From the NCBI GenBank assembly GCA_045617565.1, contig JAZLIU010000173.1, positions 1 to 43,241 of the forward strand: DNA of 43,241 nucleotides, in the 5' to 3' direction. Source of the DNA: Oscillospiraceae bacterium (GTDB lineage Bacteria; Bacillota; Clostridia; Oscillospirales; Oscillospiraceae). The notes below the pieces were generated by a model. The model saw nothing but the letters and a program-made list of their open reading frames with translations, had not been told where the DNA came from and made no database searches. Every line of letters begins with the position of its first letter. The stretch's first letter is position 1. Below, one piece after another: positions 1-10,290 of this stretch. The position numbers were made by a program, and so were the translations under genes.

Positions 1-4
1 TTAC

Positions 5-37
5 GACCACCCTCCGTCTTCCGGCGCGGGGGTGGTC
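5..37. repeat. Inverted repeat/hairpin just upstream of the primase-helicase -10 box
   Basis: GACCACCC (5-12) pairs with GGGTGGTC (30-37). Confidence 0.45.
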
Positions 38-39
38 TC

Positions 40-48
40 TGCTATAAT
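40..48 (+). promoter_or_regulatory. Extended -10 promoter (TGnTATAAT) for the primase-helicase
   Basis: TGCTATAAT at 40-48; RBS AAAGGAG at 73-79 precedes ATG 88. Confidence 0.6.
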
Positions 49-87
49 ACCCCTTGAAAAAGAAACCACCCCAAAGGAGACCTCACC

Positions 88-1941
88 ATGCCCGACACCT
101 TTGATACGCTCCGCCCCTTCCTCGAAGCCTACCTGCGCGAGCGCGGCATCGACCCGCGCCGGCGCTTCCGCTGCCTCAATCCCGACCATCTCGACCGCGA
201 CCCCTCGATGGGCTACGACTCACGCCGCCACAAGGTCCACTGCTTCGCCTGCGGCGCGGACTACGACCTCTTTGACCTCCTCATGCTCGACGAGCGCTGC
301 GAAACGCCGCTGGATGCCCTCGCCCTCGCCTCAAAGCGTTACGGACACAACGATGTCAGACCGTTCGGGACGGCAACAAGCGACGCGCAGCCGCAGAAAA
401 AAGAAACCGAAAAACCATCCGAAAAGGGAAGTGCCGCCATGACGGACGAACAGACCGCTGCCTACATCGCCCGCTGCGCCGCCGACCGTGCGAAAACCGA
501 CTATTTTACCCTCCGCGGTATCAGCGAACCGACCGCCGCGCGCTTCTCCCTCGGCTATGACGCAGAGCAAAACTGTGTCGTCCTGCCCTGCGACAACGGC
601 CACATTGTCCGCCGCTCAACAACAGAGAAGCAATATCTCAACGAAAAGGGACAACCCTCGCCGCTGTTCCAGAGCGAGCTTTTGCGCGGGGAAGAACCCG
701 TTTTTCTCGTCGAGGGTGTGTTCGACGCGCTCTCTGCCGAGGAGCTGGGCTTCCGCGCCTGCGCGATGAACGGCAGCGGCAACCGCACGAAGATCGCCGA
801 CCTCCTCCGCACCCTCGCACCCTACGCCCCCGTACTGCTCCTGCCCGATGCCGACAAAGCGGGCGACGACTGGGCAAACGTGCTGCAAGCCGAATTCCCG
901 TGGCTCTACCGCTGCGAATCCGTCCCCTACGGCAAGGACTTGAACGAAAGCCTGCTCCAAAGCGCCGCCGATACCGCCGCCTTTCTCGAAAACGCGCTCA
1001 CCGAGCGCCTCAAAACGCTCCCGCCCGCCTACGACACGCTCTCCGCGTCCGCTCAGATGGACGCGCTCGACGCCTATATCGCGCAGCAGGCCGCCCGCCC
1101 CGCGCTCTCCACGGGCTTTGCGAACCTCGATACCGCGCTTGACGGCGGACTCTACGACGGGCTTTACGTCCTCGGCGCGATCTCGTCCCTCGGCAAGACC
1201 GCTTTTTGTATGCAGCTCGCGGACAATCTCGCCAAACAGGGGAGGGACGTGCTGATTTTCTCCCTCGAGATGACCGCCTTCGAGCTGATGGCGCGAAGCA
1301 TTTCCCGCGAGACGTTTTTGTCCGACCTTTCCCGCAGCAAGGCGCTTTCCAAAACCGTCCGCGGCGTGCTCGACGGCAGGCGATATCCGAATTACCGCGC
1401 CGCCGAGCTGGAGCATCTGGAGAAAGCCAAGGCGACCTACGCGAGCTACGCCCATCATCTCTGGTTCCGCGAGGGCGACCATGAGACGGGGCTTGCCTAC
1501 CTCCGCAGCGAGATCGAGCGCCATGTCCGCGAGACGGGGACAACCCCCGTCGTCCTCATCGACTACCTGCAGATCATCGCGCCCGTGGACGTGCACTTCA
1601 CCGACAAGCAGAACTTAGACCGCATCGTCTGCGCGCTCAAGAAGCTCTCGCGCGAAAAGGAGCTGACCATCCTCGCCATCTCGTCCTTTAACCGCGAGAA
1701 CTACAACTTAGAGGTCAGCATGAACGCCTTCAAGGAGTCCGGCGGCATCGACTACTCCGCCGACGTTCTCATCGGCCTGCAGGCGCGCGGCGCGGGCAAG
1801 CCCGGCTTTAACATTGACGATGAAAAGCGCAAGGACCCGCGCGAGCTGGAGCTTCGTATCCTCAAAAACCGCACCGCCGCCATTCCGCAGCCCCTCGAAT
1901 ACCGCTACTATCCCGCTTATTCCTGCTTCGAGGAGGTCTGA
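88..1941 (+). CDS. Phage/satellite-type bifunctional DNA primase-helicase (zinc finger + TOPRIM + DnaB-like SF4 helicase)
   Basis: Zinc finger CLNPDH...HCFACG; TOPRIM VEGVFDALS, LPDAD, GKDLNE; helicase STGFANLD, Walker A GAISSLGKT, FSLEM, VLIDYLQ, ILKNR. Confidence 0.9.
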   Translation: MPDTFDTLRPFLEAYLRERGIDPRRRFRCLNPDHLDRDPSMGYDSRRHKVHCFACGADYDLFDLLMLDERCETPLDALALASKRYGHNDVRPFGTATSDAQPQKKETEKPSEKGSAAMTDEQTAAYIARCAADRAKTDYFTLRGISEPTAARFSLGYDAEQNCVVLPCDNGHIVRRSTTEKQYLNEKGQPSPLFQSELLRGEEPVFLVEGVFDALSAEELGFRACAMNGSGNRTKIADLLRTLAPYAPVLLLPDADKAGDDWANVLQAEFPWLYRCESVPYGKDLNESLLQSAADTAAFLENALTERLKTLPPAYDTLSASAQMDALDAYIAQQAARPALSTGFANLDTALDGGLYDGLYVLGAISSLGKTAFCMQLADNLAKQGRDVLIFSLEMTAFELMARSISRETFLSDLSRSKALSKTVRGVLDGRRYPNYRAAELEHLEKAKATYASYAHHLWFREGDHETGLAYLRSEIERHVRETGTTPVVLIDYLQIIAPVDVHFTDKQNLDRIVCALKKLSREKELTILAISSFNRENYNLEVSMNAFKESGGIDYSADVLIGLQARGAGKPGFNIDDEKRKDPRELELRILKNRTAAIPQPLEYRYYPAYSCFEEV

Positions 1942-1963
1942 AAAGGGACAAACCGCAAAATTT

Positions 1964-1991
1964 CCGCCCGTTTTTTGACGGGCGGTTTTTT
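1964..1991 (+). terminator. Rho-independent terminator
   Basis: CCGCCCGT/ACGGGCGG stem followed by TTTTTT. Confidence 0.85.
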
Positions 1992-2025
1992 CCTTTGCTA
2001 AATCTTGTTTTTTCGGCAAAAACGG

Positions 2026-2053
2026 TTGCATTTTTCGGTAATTCCTGTATAAT
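2026..2053 (+). promoter_or_regulatory. sigmaA promoter of the glycan operon
   Basis: TTGCAT-16 nt-TATAAT in an AT-rich intergenic region. Confidence 0.7.
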
Positions 2054-2119
2054 GCCAAATATAGAATAAAGTGTCGTATTATAGACTATTACGAAGAAAA
2101 AACAGGAGAGACGACCGCC

Positions 2120-3550
2120 GTGCCACAGACTGAGTATTCCGATTTTGCAACCATGCGCAAGCGCAGAGAGCAGCTCCACGAAAAGAATATCCGCCGCGGC
2201 GCGCTTTTGCGCTTGATGAAAGCCGTGAGCATTCTGCTGCAAAGCGCGCTCTTTTATTTCGTTTGGGTGGCGTATTACGCCGCGAAGATGCGGGACGCGT
2301 ATCTCTGGCGCGGCAACCTCGCCGTCGCCACGCTTTACGGCGTCGTGCTGCTGCTGCTCACGCGCGTCTACCGCGGCTTTGAGGTCGGGAATCTGGAACG
2401 CCTGGAGCTGTTCGCCTCGCACGCGCTCTCGCAGCTCATCACGAATGTCATCTTTTACGTTTTGTCGTTCTTCCTGTGCGAGCGGCTTGTCAGCCCGCTT
2501 CCGCTGCTCGGGCTGCAGGGGCTTGAAATGCTCCTTTTGCTGCTCTGGGTGCATCTGGCCGACGCTGTCTACTGGAAATATACCGAGCGCGAAAGCCTCG
2601 CCGTGTTCTACCGTGACGAGGCCGACCTTGCCCGCCTCGCGCATTTAGACGGGTTTCTCCGCCGCTTCACGCTCATGCGCACCGTCGCTCTTGCGGACTA
2701 TTCCCCCCGGCTCGTCGGCGACCTTGCCGAGGCGGACACCGTGCTGCTCATCGGCGTGGAGGCGAACGTCCGCAACGGCGTGTTGAAGGACTGCGTCGCC
2801 GAGGGTCTGCCCGCCTACGTCCTGCCCAAGACCGGCGACATCCTGCTGCGCGGGGCGAGTATGGAGCTTGTCTCCGGCGAGATACTGCTGCGCGCGAACC
2901 GCGCCGCCCCCGCGCCGGAATACCTCGCGTGCAAGCGCGCGTTTGACGTGTTCGCCTCGCTCCTCGCCATCGTGCTCACCTCGCCGGTCATGCTCGTCAC
3001 CGCCCTTGCCATCAAGTGCGAGGACGGCGGTCCGGTCTTTTACCGTCAGGTGCGTCTGACAAAAGACCGCAGGGAGTTTTCCATCCTCAAGTTCCGCTCC
3101 ATGCGCACCGACGCCGAGAAGGACGGCAAGGCCCGTCTCGCCAGCGAGAACGATGACCGCATCACGCGCGTCGGCCGCTTCATCCGCGCCTGTCGCATCG
3201 ACGAGCTGCCCCAGCTTTTCAATATCCTCCGCGGTGATATGACCATCGTGGGGCCTCGTCCCGAGCGTCCGGAGATCGCCGCGCAGTATGAAGCGGATCT
3301 GCCCGCCTTCGCCCTGCGCCTTCAGGTCAAGGCAGGGCTTACCGGCTACGCGCAGATCTACGGCCGCTACAACAGCGAGCCGTATGAAAAGCTTCAGATG
3401 GATCTCATGTATATCAACAATATGTCCGTGCTGGAGGATCTCAAGCTGATGTTCGGCACGGTGCGCATCCTGTTTCTCAAGGAGAGCACCAGCGGCGTAA
3501 CGAACGGGCAGATGACCGCGCAGCGCACCGCGCAAGAGGGAAGCGAATGA
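2120..3550 (+). CDS. Priming polyprenyl-phosphate glycosylphosphotransferase (WcaJ/CpsE-like sugar transferase)
   Basis: N-terminal TM segments; KRAFD, GPVFYRQ, KFRSM, RIDELPQLFNILRGDMTIVGPRPE. Confidence 0.92.
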   Translation: MPQTEYSDFATMRKRREQLHEKNIRRGALLRLMKAVSILLQSALFYFVWVAYYAAKMRDAYLWRGNLAVATLYGVVLLLLTRVYRGFEVGNLERLELFASHALSQLITNVIFYVLSFFLCERLVSPLPLLGLQGLEMLLLLLWVHLADAVYWKYTERESLAVFYRDEADLARLAHLDGFLRRFTLMRTVALADYSPRLVGDLAEADTVLLIGVEANVRNGVLKDCVAEGLPAYVLPKTGDILLRGASMELVSGEILLRANRAAPAPEYLACKRAFDVFASLLAIVLTSPVMLVTALAIKCEDGGPVFYRQVRLTKDRREFSILKFRSMRTDAEKDGKARLASENDDRITRVGRFIRACRIDELPQLFNILRGDMTIVGPRPERPEIAAQYEADLPAFALRLQVKAGLTGYAQIYGRYNSEPYEKLQMDLMYINNMSVLEDLKLMFGTVRILFLKESTSGVTNGQMTAQRTAQEGSE

Positions 3551-4776
3551 AGATCACCATGCTTGCCGGCTACTACGCGCCGGAAAAAAGCGCCGACACC
3601 CACCTCAACGTCGATCTGGCGGAGAGCTTTTCCCGCCTCGGCGCGGAGGTGACGGTGCTCGTGCCGTTCCCCAGCCGCGGACTTGACGAAGTGGAGCAAA
3701 CGGCGTACCTCTCCCGACGGGACGAGCGCGTGAGCGATACGCTGCGCATCCTGCGCGTCGGGGAGCCGGGCGTCTATCAGAAAAATCTGATAAGGCGCGG
3801 TCTTGCGCTGCTGCAAAAGAGCATGGCGCTTTACCGCGCGGCGAAGCGAACGCAAGCCGACGCCTATTTCGTCGTCAGTACCCCGCCGTTTCTCGGCTAT
3901 TTCGGCGCGCTGCTGAGCAAGAGAGCGCCGGTCGTCTACCTGCTGCACGACGTGTTCCCCGATTCGCTGGCGCTGAGCGGCAAGCTGCGCGAGGGGAGCG
4001 TCCCCATGCGCGTGCTGCACCGCGTCGAGCGGTGGATGTACCGCCGATTGACGCATATCAACGCCTGCTCGGAGGACATCAGAACCACGCTGCTTTCCCG
4101 CGGCGTTCCGGCGGAGAAGCTCACCGTCGTTTCCAACTGGGCGGACCCGAACGAGTGTATTCCCGTCGCGCGGGAGGACAATCCGCTCTTTGACCGCTAC
4201 TCACTTCCCCGCGAGAGGTTTTACGTCAGCTACGGCGGCAACCTCGGCCATTTGCAAAACGCGGAGACCGTCCTGCGCGCCGCGCAGAGATTGCAAAGCG
4301 TGCCCGACATTCGCTTCGCCCTCATCGGCGACGGGGCGCGCGCGCGGGCGCTCAAAGACCTCGGGCGGGAAATGCAGCTTAGCAACGTGGACTGGCTGCC
4401 CCTGCAAAGCGACGTTTCGGCGGTGTACAGCTTCGGCGATGTGGAGCTTGTGTCCCTCAAGGCGGGGGTGACGAAAATCGCCATGCCGTCCAAGACGTGG
4501 AGCATCCTCTCCGCCGCCCGTCCCGTCATCTGCGAGGCGGAGCGGGACAGCGAACTTGTCCGCCTGCTCGAAACGCTCGGCTGCGGCGTGGGCGTCGAGC
4601 CGGGAGACGACGCGGTGATGGCGGACGCGATTTTCGCGCTGTATCGGAAGAGCGCGGCGCAGCGTGAACAGATGGGCGCCGCCGGCAGAGAATATATCCG
4701 CTCGCACCTCAACCGCGAGCAGGCAACGCGCTCGCATTTTGACGTGCTCGAGCGCATGATAAAGGAGAGATCGTAA
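3547..4776 (+). CDS. wbuB: Family 4 glycosyltransferase, WbuB-like (putative L-FucNAc transferase)
   Basis: YYAPE, STPPF, HDVFPD, YGGNLGHLQ, MPSK; directly upstream of fnlABC. Confidence 0.8.
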   Translation: MKITMLAGYYAPEKSADTHLNVDLAESFSRLGAEVTVLVPFPSRGLDEVEQTAYLSRRDERVSDTLRILRVGEPGVYQKNLIRRGLALLQKSMALYRAAKRTQADAYFVVSTPPFLGYFGALLSKRAPVVYLLHDVFPDSLALSGKLREGSVPMRVLHRVERWMYRRLTHINACSEDIRTTLLSRGVPAEKLTVVSNWADPNECIPVAREDNPLFDRYSLPRERFYVSYGGNLGHLQNAETVLRAAQRLQSVPDIRFALIGDGARARALKDLGREMQLSNVDWLPLQSDVSAVYSFGDVELVSLKAGVTKIAMPSKTWSILSAARPVICEAERDSELVRLLETLGCGVGVEPGDDAVMADAIFALYRKSAAQREQMGAAGREYIRSHLNREQATRSHFDVLERMIKERS

Positions 4777-5798
4777 TGTTTACAGGAAAGACCCTTCTCA
4801 TCACCGGCGGCACCGGCAGCTTCGGCAACGCCGTGCTGGGGCGGTTTCTCAGCACCGACATCGCGGAGATCCGCATCCTGTCCCGCGACGAGAAGAAGCA
4901 GGACGATATGCGCCACGAGTTTCAGGTGAAGATGCCCGCCGTCGCGGAGAAGATAAAATTTTACATCGGCGACGTGCGCGATTACGCATCCATTGTGGGG
5001 GCGTTCCGTGGGGTGGACTATGTGTTCCACGCCGCCGCGCTCAAGCAGGTGCCGTCGTGCGAGTTTTTCCCGCTCGAAGCGGTCAAGACGAATGTGCTCG
5101 GGTCGAACAACGTCATTGACGCGTGCGTTGCAAGCGGCGTGAAAAAGGCGATCTTCCTCTCCACGGATAAGGCGGCGTACCCCATCAACGCCATGGGCAT
5201 GAGCAAGGCGCTGATGGAAAAGAACGTCATCGCCCGCTCCCGCCAGATGCGAGACGGCGACCCCGTGCTGTGTCTGACGCGCTACGGCAACGTGATGGCC
5301 TCGCGCGGCAGCGTCATCCCGCTGTTTTGCGACCAGATAGCCGAGGGCAAGGCGCTCACCGTGACCAATCCCGATATGACCCGCTTTATGATGACACTCA
5401 GCGACGCGGTCGATCTGGTGCTCTACGCCTTCGAGCATGGCACGCAGGGCGATCTGTTCGTGCAAAAGGCGCCCGCGGCCACGATCGAGACGCTTGCCAA
5501 AGCGATTCTGGAGCTGAAGCATTCCGACGCGGGCTATACCAGCATCGGGACGCGACACGGAGAAAAGCTCTATGAGGTGCTTGTCACAACGGAGGAAATG
5601 CTCCGCGCGGAGGATGTTGGAGATTTCTTCCGTATCGCGGCGGACAACCGCAATCTGAACTACGACAATTATTTCACCCGCGGCAATAAGCAGCTGGAAA
5701 CGACAGGGCAGTACACCTCTCATAACACCCATCGGCTGACGGTGGAGGAAATGAAGGCGCTGCTGCAAAAATTAAAGCTCTTTGGCGGAGAATACTGA
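4776..5798 (+). CDS. fnlA: UDP-GlcNAc 4,6-dehydratase/5-epimerase (FnlA/CapE)
   Basis: TGGTGSFG, SRDEKKQDDMR, HAAALKQVPSCEFFP, LSTDKAAYPINAMG, TRYGNVMASRGSV. Confidence 0.92.
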   Translation: MFTGKTLLITGGTGSFGNAVLGRFLSTDIAEIRILSRDEKKQDDMRHEFQVKMPAVAEKIKFYIGDVRDYASIVGAFRGVDYVFHAAALKQVPSCEFFPLEAVKTNVLGSNNVIDACVASGVKKAIFLSTDKAAYPINAMGMSKALMEKNVIARSRQMRDGDPVLCLTRYGNVMASRGSVIPLFCDQIAEGKALTVTNPDMTRFMMTLSDAVDLVLYAFEHGTQGDLFVQKAPAATIETLAKAILELKHSDAGYTSIGTRHGEKLYEVLVTTEEMLRAEDVGDFFRIAADNRNLNYDNYFTRGNKQLETTGQYTSHNTHRLTVEEMKALLQKLKLFGGEY

Positions 5799-5799
5799 T

Positions 5800-6999
5800 A
5801 TGAACATTCTCATCACCGGCGCAAGGGGCTTTGTCGGGCGCAACCTCGCGGAAAGCCTCAAGGCCATCCGCGACGGGAAGGACCGCACCCGCCCCGCGCA
5901 GCAAATTGACGAAATTTTTGAATACGACCTCGATACCGCGCCCGAGGCGCTGCGCGAATACTGCGCGCGCGCGGACTTCGTGTTCCACCTCGCGGGCGTC
6001 AACCGTCCGAAGGACGCCGCGGAATTTATGGCGGGCAACTTCGGCTTTTCCTCCACGCTGCTCGAAACGCTCAAAGACTGCGGCAACACCTGCCCCGTGA
6101 TGCTCTCGTCCTCCATTCAGGCGTCGCTGACCGGCCGCTTCGCCGGCAGCGAGTACGGCAAAAGCAAGCTCGCGGGGGAGGAGCTGTTCTTCCGCTACGC
6201 GAAAGAGACGGGCGCGAGGGTGCTCGTCTACCGCTTCCCGAACCTCTTCGGCAAGTGGTGTCGCCCGAACTACAACAGCGCCGTGGCGACCTTCTGCCAT
6301 AACTATGCGCACGACCTGCCCATCACGGTGAACGACCCCTCGACCGAGCTGGAGCTTTTGTATATCGACGATCTTGTCGCGGAACTGCTCGACGCGCTGG
6401 AGGGGAAGGCCCACCGCTGCGAGTTTGACGGCGTGACCGCGGTCGCCGCCGAACAGGGAAGATACTGCTTCGCCCCCGTGACGCATCGCGTCACGCTCGG
6501 CGAGATCGTTTCTTTGCTCGATGCGTTCAAGGTGCAGCCGGCGACGCTTCAAATGCCGGAGATCCCCGCCGGCAGCTTTGCCAGGAAGCTATATTCCACC
6601 TATTTAAGCTACCTGCCGAAGAAAAAGGCAGCCTTCCCGCTCAAAATGAACACCGACGCGCGCGGCAGCTTCACGGAGCTGCTCAAAACCGCCAATTGCG
6701 GGCAGTTCAGCGTGAATATCTCCCGCCCCGGCGTCACCAAGGGGCAGCACTGGCACCATACGAAGTGGGAGTTCTTCATCGTCGTGTCCGGTCACGCTTG
6801 CATCGAGCAGCGAAAGCTCGGCACGGATGAGGTGCTTTCCTTCACCGTCTCCGGCGAGAGGATAGAAGCCGTCCATATGCTGCCCGGTTACACGCATAAC
6901 ATCATCAACCTGAGCGACACGGAAAACCTCGTTACGCTCATGTGGGCGAACGAGCCCTTTGACCCCGCGCATCCCGACACTTTCTTTGAGGAGGTCTGA
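5800..6999 (+). CDS. fnlB: CapF/FnlB epimerase-reductase (SDR + C-terminal cupin)
   Basis: TGARGFVG, HLAGVNRP, PNLFGKWCRPNYNSAVATFC, KGQHWHHTKWE; ATG 5800 follows the fnlA stop. Confidence 0.9.
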   Translation: MNILITGARGFVGRNLAESLKAIRDGKDRTRPAQQIDEIFEYDLDTAPEALREYCARADFVFHLAGVNRPKDAAEFMAGNFGFSSTLLETLKDCGNTCPVMLSSSIQASLTGRFAGSEYGKSKLAGEELFFRYAKETGARVLVYRFPNLFGKWCRPNYNSAVATFCHNYAHDLPITVNDPSTELELLYIDDLVAELLDALEGKAHRCEFDGVTAVAAEQGRYCFAPVTHRVTLGEIVSLLDAFKVQPATLQMPEIPAGSFARKLYSTYLSYLPKKKAAFPLKMNTDARGSFTELLKTANCGQFSVNISRPGVTKGQHWHHTKWEFFIVVSGHACIEQRKLGTDEVLSFTVSGERIEAVHMLPGYTHNIINLSDTENLVTLMWANEPFDPAHPDTFFEEV

Positions 7000-7002
7000 G
7001 CT

Positions 7003-8166
7003 ATGGCAGCCTTTGAGAATAACGGCAAATTAAAGCTGCTCATTATCGTCGGCACGCGGCCGGAGATCATCCGCCTGTCCGCGGTCATCAAGAAGTGCCG
7101 GCAGTACTTCGACTGCATCCTTGCCCACACGGGGCAGAACTACGACTATAACTTGAACGGCGTTTTTTTCCGCGATTTAGGGCTTGCCGACCCCGAGGTC
7201 TATCTTGATGCCGTGGGGAACGACCTCGGCGAGACCGTCGGCAACATCATCGCCAAAAGCTATGCCCTCATGGTTGAGCAGCAGCCCGACGCGCTGCTCA
7301 TTCTCGGCGACACCAACTCCTGCCTTGCCGCCTATTCCGCCAAGCGGCTGCATATCCCCATCTTTCACATGGAAGCGGGCAACCGCTGCAAGGATGAGTG
7401 TCTGCCCGAGGAGACCAACCGCCGCATCGTGGACATCATCTCCGACGTGAATATGGCCTACTCCGAGCACGCCCGCCGCTATCTCCACGAGTGCGGCTTG
7501 CCCAAGGAGCGCACCTATGTCACCGGCAGCCCCATGGCGGAGGTGCTCCGCGCCAACCTCGCGAGCATCGAAGCGAGCGACATCCACCAGCGTCTCGGGC
7601 TTGAAAAGGGCAAATACATCCTGCTCTCCGCCCACCGCGAGGAGAATATCGACACTGAGAAGAATTTCACCTCGCTTTTCACCGCCATCAACGCCATGGC
7701 GGAAAAGTACGATCTGCCCATCCTCTATTCCTGCCACCCCCGCTCCCGCAAGAGGTTGGAGCAGAGCGGCTTCGTTTTCGACAAGCGGGTGATTGCGCAT
7801 GAGCCGCTGGGCTTCCACGATTATAACTGCCTGCAGATGAACGCCTTTTGCGTCGTGTCGGACAGCGGCACGCTCCCCGAGGAGTCCAGCTTCTTCACCT
7901 CCGTGGGGCATCCGTTCCCCGCGGTGTGTATCCGCACGAGTACGGAGCGCCCCGAGGCGCTGGACAAAGCCTGCTTTATCCTTGCCGGCATCGACGAAAA
8001 GAGCCTTTTGCAGGCCGTCGATACCGCCGTCACGATGAACGCAAACGGCGACTATGGCATCCCCGTGCCGGACTATATCGAGGAAAACGTCTCCACGAAG
8101 GTCGTCAAGCTCATCCAGAGCTACACCGCCGTGGTCGATAAAATGGTATGGAGGAAGGAATCATAA
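7003..8166 (+). CDS. fnlC: Non-hydrolysing UDP-HexNAc 2-epimerase (FnlC/CapG)
   Basis: VGTRPEIIRLS, HTGQNYD, GDTNS, HMEAGNR, DSGT, TERPE; fnlAB context. Confidence 0.9.
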   Translation: MAAFENNGKLKLLIIVGTRPEIIRLSAVIKKCRQYFDCILAHTGQNYDYNLNGVFFRDLGLADPEVYLDAVGNDLGETVGNIIAKSYALMVEQQPDALLILGDTNSCLAAYSAKRLHIPIFHMEAGNRCKDECLPEETNRRIVDIISDVNMAYSEHARRYLHECGLPKERTYVTGSPMAEVLRANLASIEASDIHQRLGLEKGKYILLSAHREENIDTEKNFTSLFTAINAMAEKYDLPILYSCHPRSRKRLEQSGFVFDKRVIAHEPLGFHDYNCLQMNAFCVVSDSGTLPEESSFFTSVGHPFPAVCIRTSTERPEALDKACFILAGIDEKSLLQAVDTAVTMNANGDYGIPVPDYIEENVSTKVVKLIQSYTAVVDKMVWRKES

Positions 8167-8167
8167 T

Positions 8168-9175
8168 TTGAATATTTACTGCACATTGTTTGATTCCAAC
8201 TATCTGGATAAAGGTTTGGTGCTGTACCGCTCTCTTTGTGCGTGCGAAAAGGAATTTAAGCTTTATGTCTTTGCTTTTGACGAGCGGTGTCGCGAGATTT
8301 TGGAACAAGAAAATTTCCGGCACATGACTGTGGTCTCGCTGGAGGAGTTTGAGACGCCGGCGCTGCTGAAGGTGAAACAGGAACGCTCTCGTGCAGAGTA
8401 CTGCTGGACTTGCACCCCGTGGACGATCCGCCATGTTCTTGACAGGTTTCACGAACCGATGTGTACCTATATCGACGCGGATATGATGTTCTATTCTTCT
8501 CCGCAGTACATCTTTGACGATATGCGCGCAAAGGGCTGCTCGACGCTGATCACCCCGCATCGCCTGAATCCTGCGTCGGTGCGCCAGCGGAGAACGGAGC
8601 GTCACGTCGGCACATATTGCGTAGAGTTCAATACCTTTTTTAACGATTCAAATGGAAACGAGGCGCTAAACTGGTGGGCAGAGCAGTGCCTTGCATGGTG
8701 TTACTATACGCCGGATGTGGATGCACCCGCCTACGGCGACCAGAAATATCTCAATGAATTTCCAACGCGCTTTTCCGGTGTGTACATTTGCGAAGAATGG
8801 GGCGCGGGCATTGCGGGATGGAATGCCCGCCAGCTTCGGTTCGTCCCCGGAACAGAAGCGGAACCGCAAGTGGAAGTGCGTGCCACAGGGAAACGATATC
8901 CGGTGGTATTTGTCCATTTCGCGGGCATCTCACGCCTGTTTGGAGATTTTGTCAATGCCAACTCCGGCACAGCCGACCGCACCCTGCACCGCACATTGAT
9001 CGCACCCTATTTTGACGCTTTGCGGGGAACAAGAACCGATTTGCTGAATCGCTACGGCTTGTCGCCGGCAAAGCGCCGTGCGGTAAATAATAACCCGTTG
9101 ATTGCTCTGTATCAGCGAGTTATTTCCCCGTGGCTGCATTTGCGCCGGATCGCCGACATTTATCGGCTTCCTTAA
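8168..9175 (+). CDS. GT-A fold glycosyltransferase (GT8-like); candidate 3-amino-dideoxyhexose transferase
   Basis: TTG start after GAAGGA; YCTLFDSNYL, EYCWTCTP, YIDAD (DxD), YGDQKYL, FVHF. Confidence 0.7.
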   Translation: MNIYCTLFDSNYLDKGLVLYRSLCACEKEFKLYVFAFDERCREILEQENFRHMTVVSLEEFETPALLKVKQERSRAEYCWTCTPWTIRHVLDRFHEPMCTYIDADMMFYSSPQYIFDDMRAKGCSTLITPHRLNPASVRQRRTERHVGTYCVEFNTFFNDSNGNEALNWWAEQCLAWCYYTPDVDAPAYGDQKYLNEFPTRFSGVYICEEWGAGIAGWNARQLRFVPGTEAEPQVEVRATGKRYPVVFVHFAGISRLFGDFVNANSGTADRTLHRTLIAPYFDALRGTRTDLLNRYGLSPAKRRAVNNNPLIALYQRVISPWLHLRRIADIYRLP

Positions 9176-9198
9176 TTCTAATACGAAGGAGAACTCCC

Positions 9199-10290
9199 AT
9201 GATACCTGTGAATGATCTAAAACGGGGCTACGACCTGTATCAAACCGAATACGAGGAAAAAGCCCTGTCTGTGCTTCGCAGCGGATGGTATGTGCTTGGA
9301 AAGGAAGTCTCCGCCTTTGAAGAGGAATTTGCCGCCGCTATGGAATCCCGCTATGCAGTTGGCGTGGACAATGGGCTCAATGCGATCCAACTGGGTATCC
9401 GTGCCCTTGAGATCGGCACGGGCGAAGAAGTTATCGTCACCGCCAACACCTATATTGCAACCGTTATGGGTGCTTCTCTCAATGGAGCCACCCCTGTATT
9501 TGTGGATGCAACACTGATGCACAATATGGACCCTGCCAAAATCGAAGCTGCCATCACTCCTCGCACGAAAGCCGTTTTGGTGACGCACTTGTATGGGCAG
9601 GCCTGTGAGATGGGTCCCGTTGTTGAGATTTGCAAAAAGCATGACCTGTATCTGCTGGAGGACTGCGCCCAGGCTCACGGCGCGCGATACAATGGAAAGA
9701 TGACCGGCACCTTTGGCATCATGGGCTTCTTCAGCTTCTATCCGACCAAGAATCTGGGCGCATTCGGTGATGCAGGCGCCATCATTACAGACGATGAAGC
9801 GCTGAGCGCAAAGCTGAAGGCGCTGCGAAACTATGGCAGCGTGCGGAAGTATGTCCATGACTATGCCGGCTATAACTCCCGTCTGGATGAGCTGCAGGCA
9901 GGTCTGCTGCGTGTCAGGCTGCGCCATTTGCCGGAGCTGAACGGTCAGCGTGCCCATATTGCAGCCCGCTATCTGGCAGAGATGAAAAACCCCAAAGTGG
10001 AGCTGCCCGCGACGGCGGAGAACTGCACCCATGTGTATCACCTTTTTGTGGTGCAGGTGGAGGAGCGGGATCGCTTTACGCAGTACCTGAAGGATCACGG
10101 CGTAGGCTTTGATATTCATTATCCGATTCCTCCCTATTTGGAAAAGCCCTATTTGCCGCTGGGTTATACCCGCGCAGACTTCCCCATGACAGAACGGCTG
10201 TACAGCCGCATCGTCTCACTGCCGATTTTCAACGGCATGACAGAGGACGAGGTCAATACGGTTATTCAGGTGGTGAACGGTTATGAGTAA
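9199..10290 (+). CDS. fdtB: DegT/DnrJ/EryC1/StrS PLP aminotransferase (FdtB/QdtB-like)
   Basis: SGWYVLG, HLYGQ, EDCAQAHGA, FSFYPTKNLGAFGDAG, NSRLDELQA; RBS GAAGGAG; next to an FdtA-like cupin. Confidence 0.85.
   Translation: MIPVNDLKRGYDLYQTEYEEKALSVLRSGWYVLGKEVSAFEEEFAAAMESRYAVGVDNGLNAIQLGIRALEIGTGEEVIVTANTYIATVMGASLNGATPVFVDATLMHNMDPAKIEAAITPRTKAVLVTHLYGQACEMGPVVEICKKHDLYLLEDCAQAHGARYNGKMTGTFGIMGFFSFYPTKNLGAFGDAGAIITDDEALSAKLKALRNYGSVRKYVHDYAGYNSRLDELQAGLLRVRLRHLPELNGQRAHIAARYLAEMKNPKVELPATAENCTHVYHLFVVQVEERDRFTQYLKDHGVGFDIHYPIPPYLEKPYLPLGYTRADFPMTERLYSRIVSLPIFNGMTEDEVNTVIQVVNGYE

Noticed and set aside
4230..5768. Long antisense ORFs over glycan genes (also 18944-20749, 27113-28288, 36288-37886, 39043-40737)
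   Set aside because: Opposite well-supported genes in GC-rich DNA; no recognisable domains.
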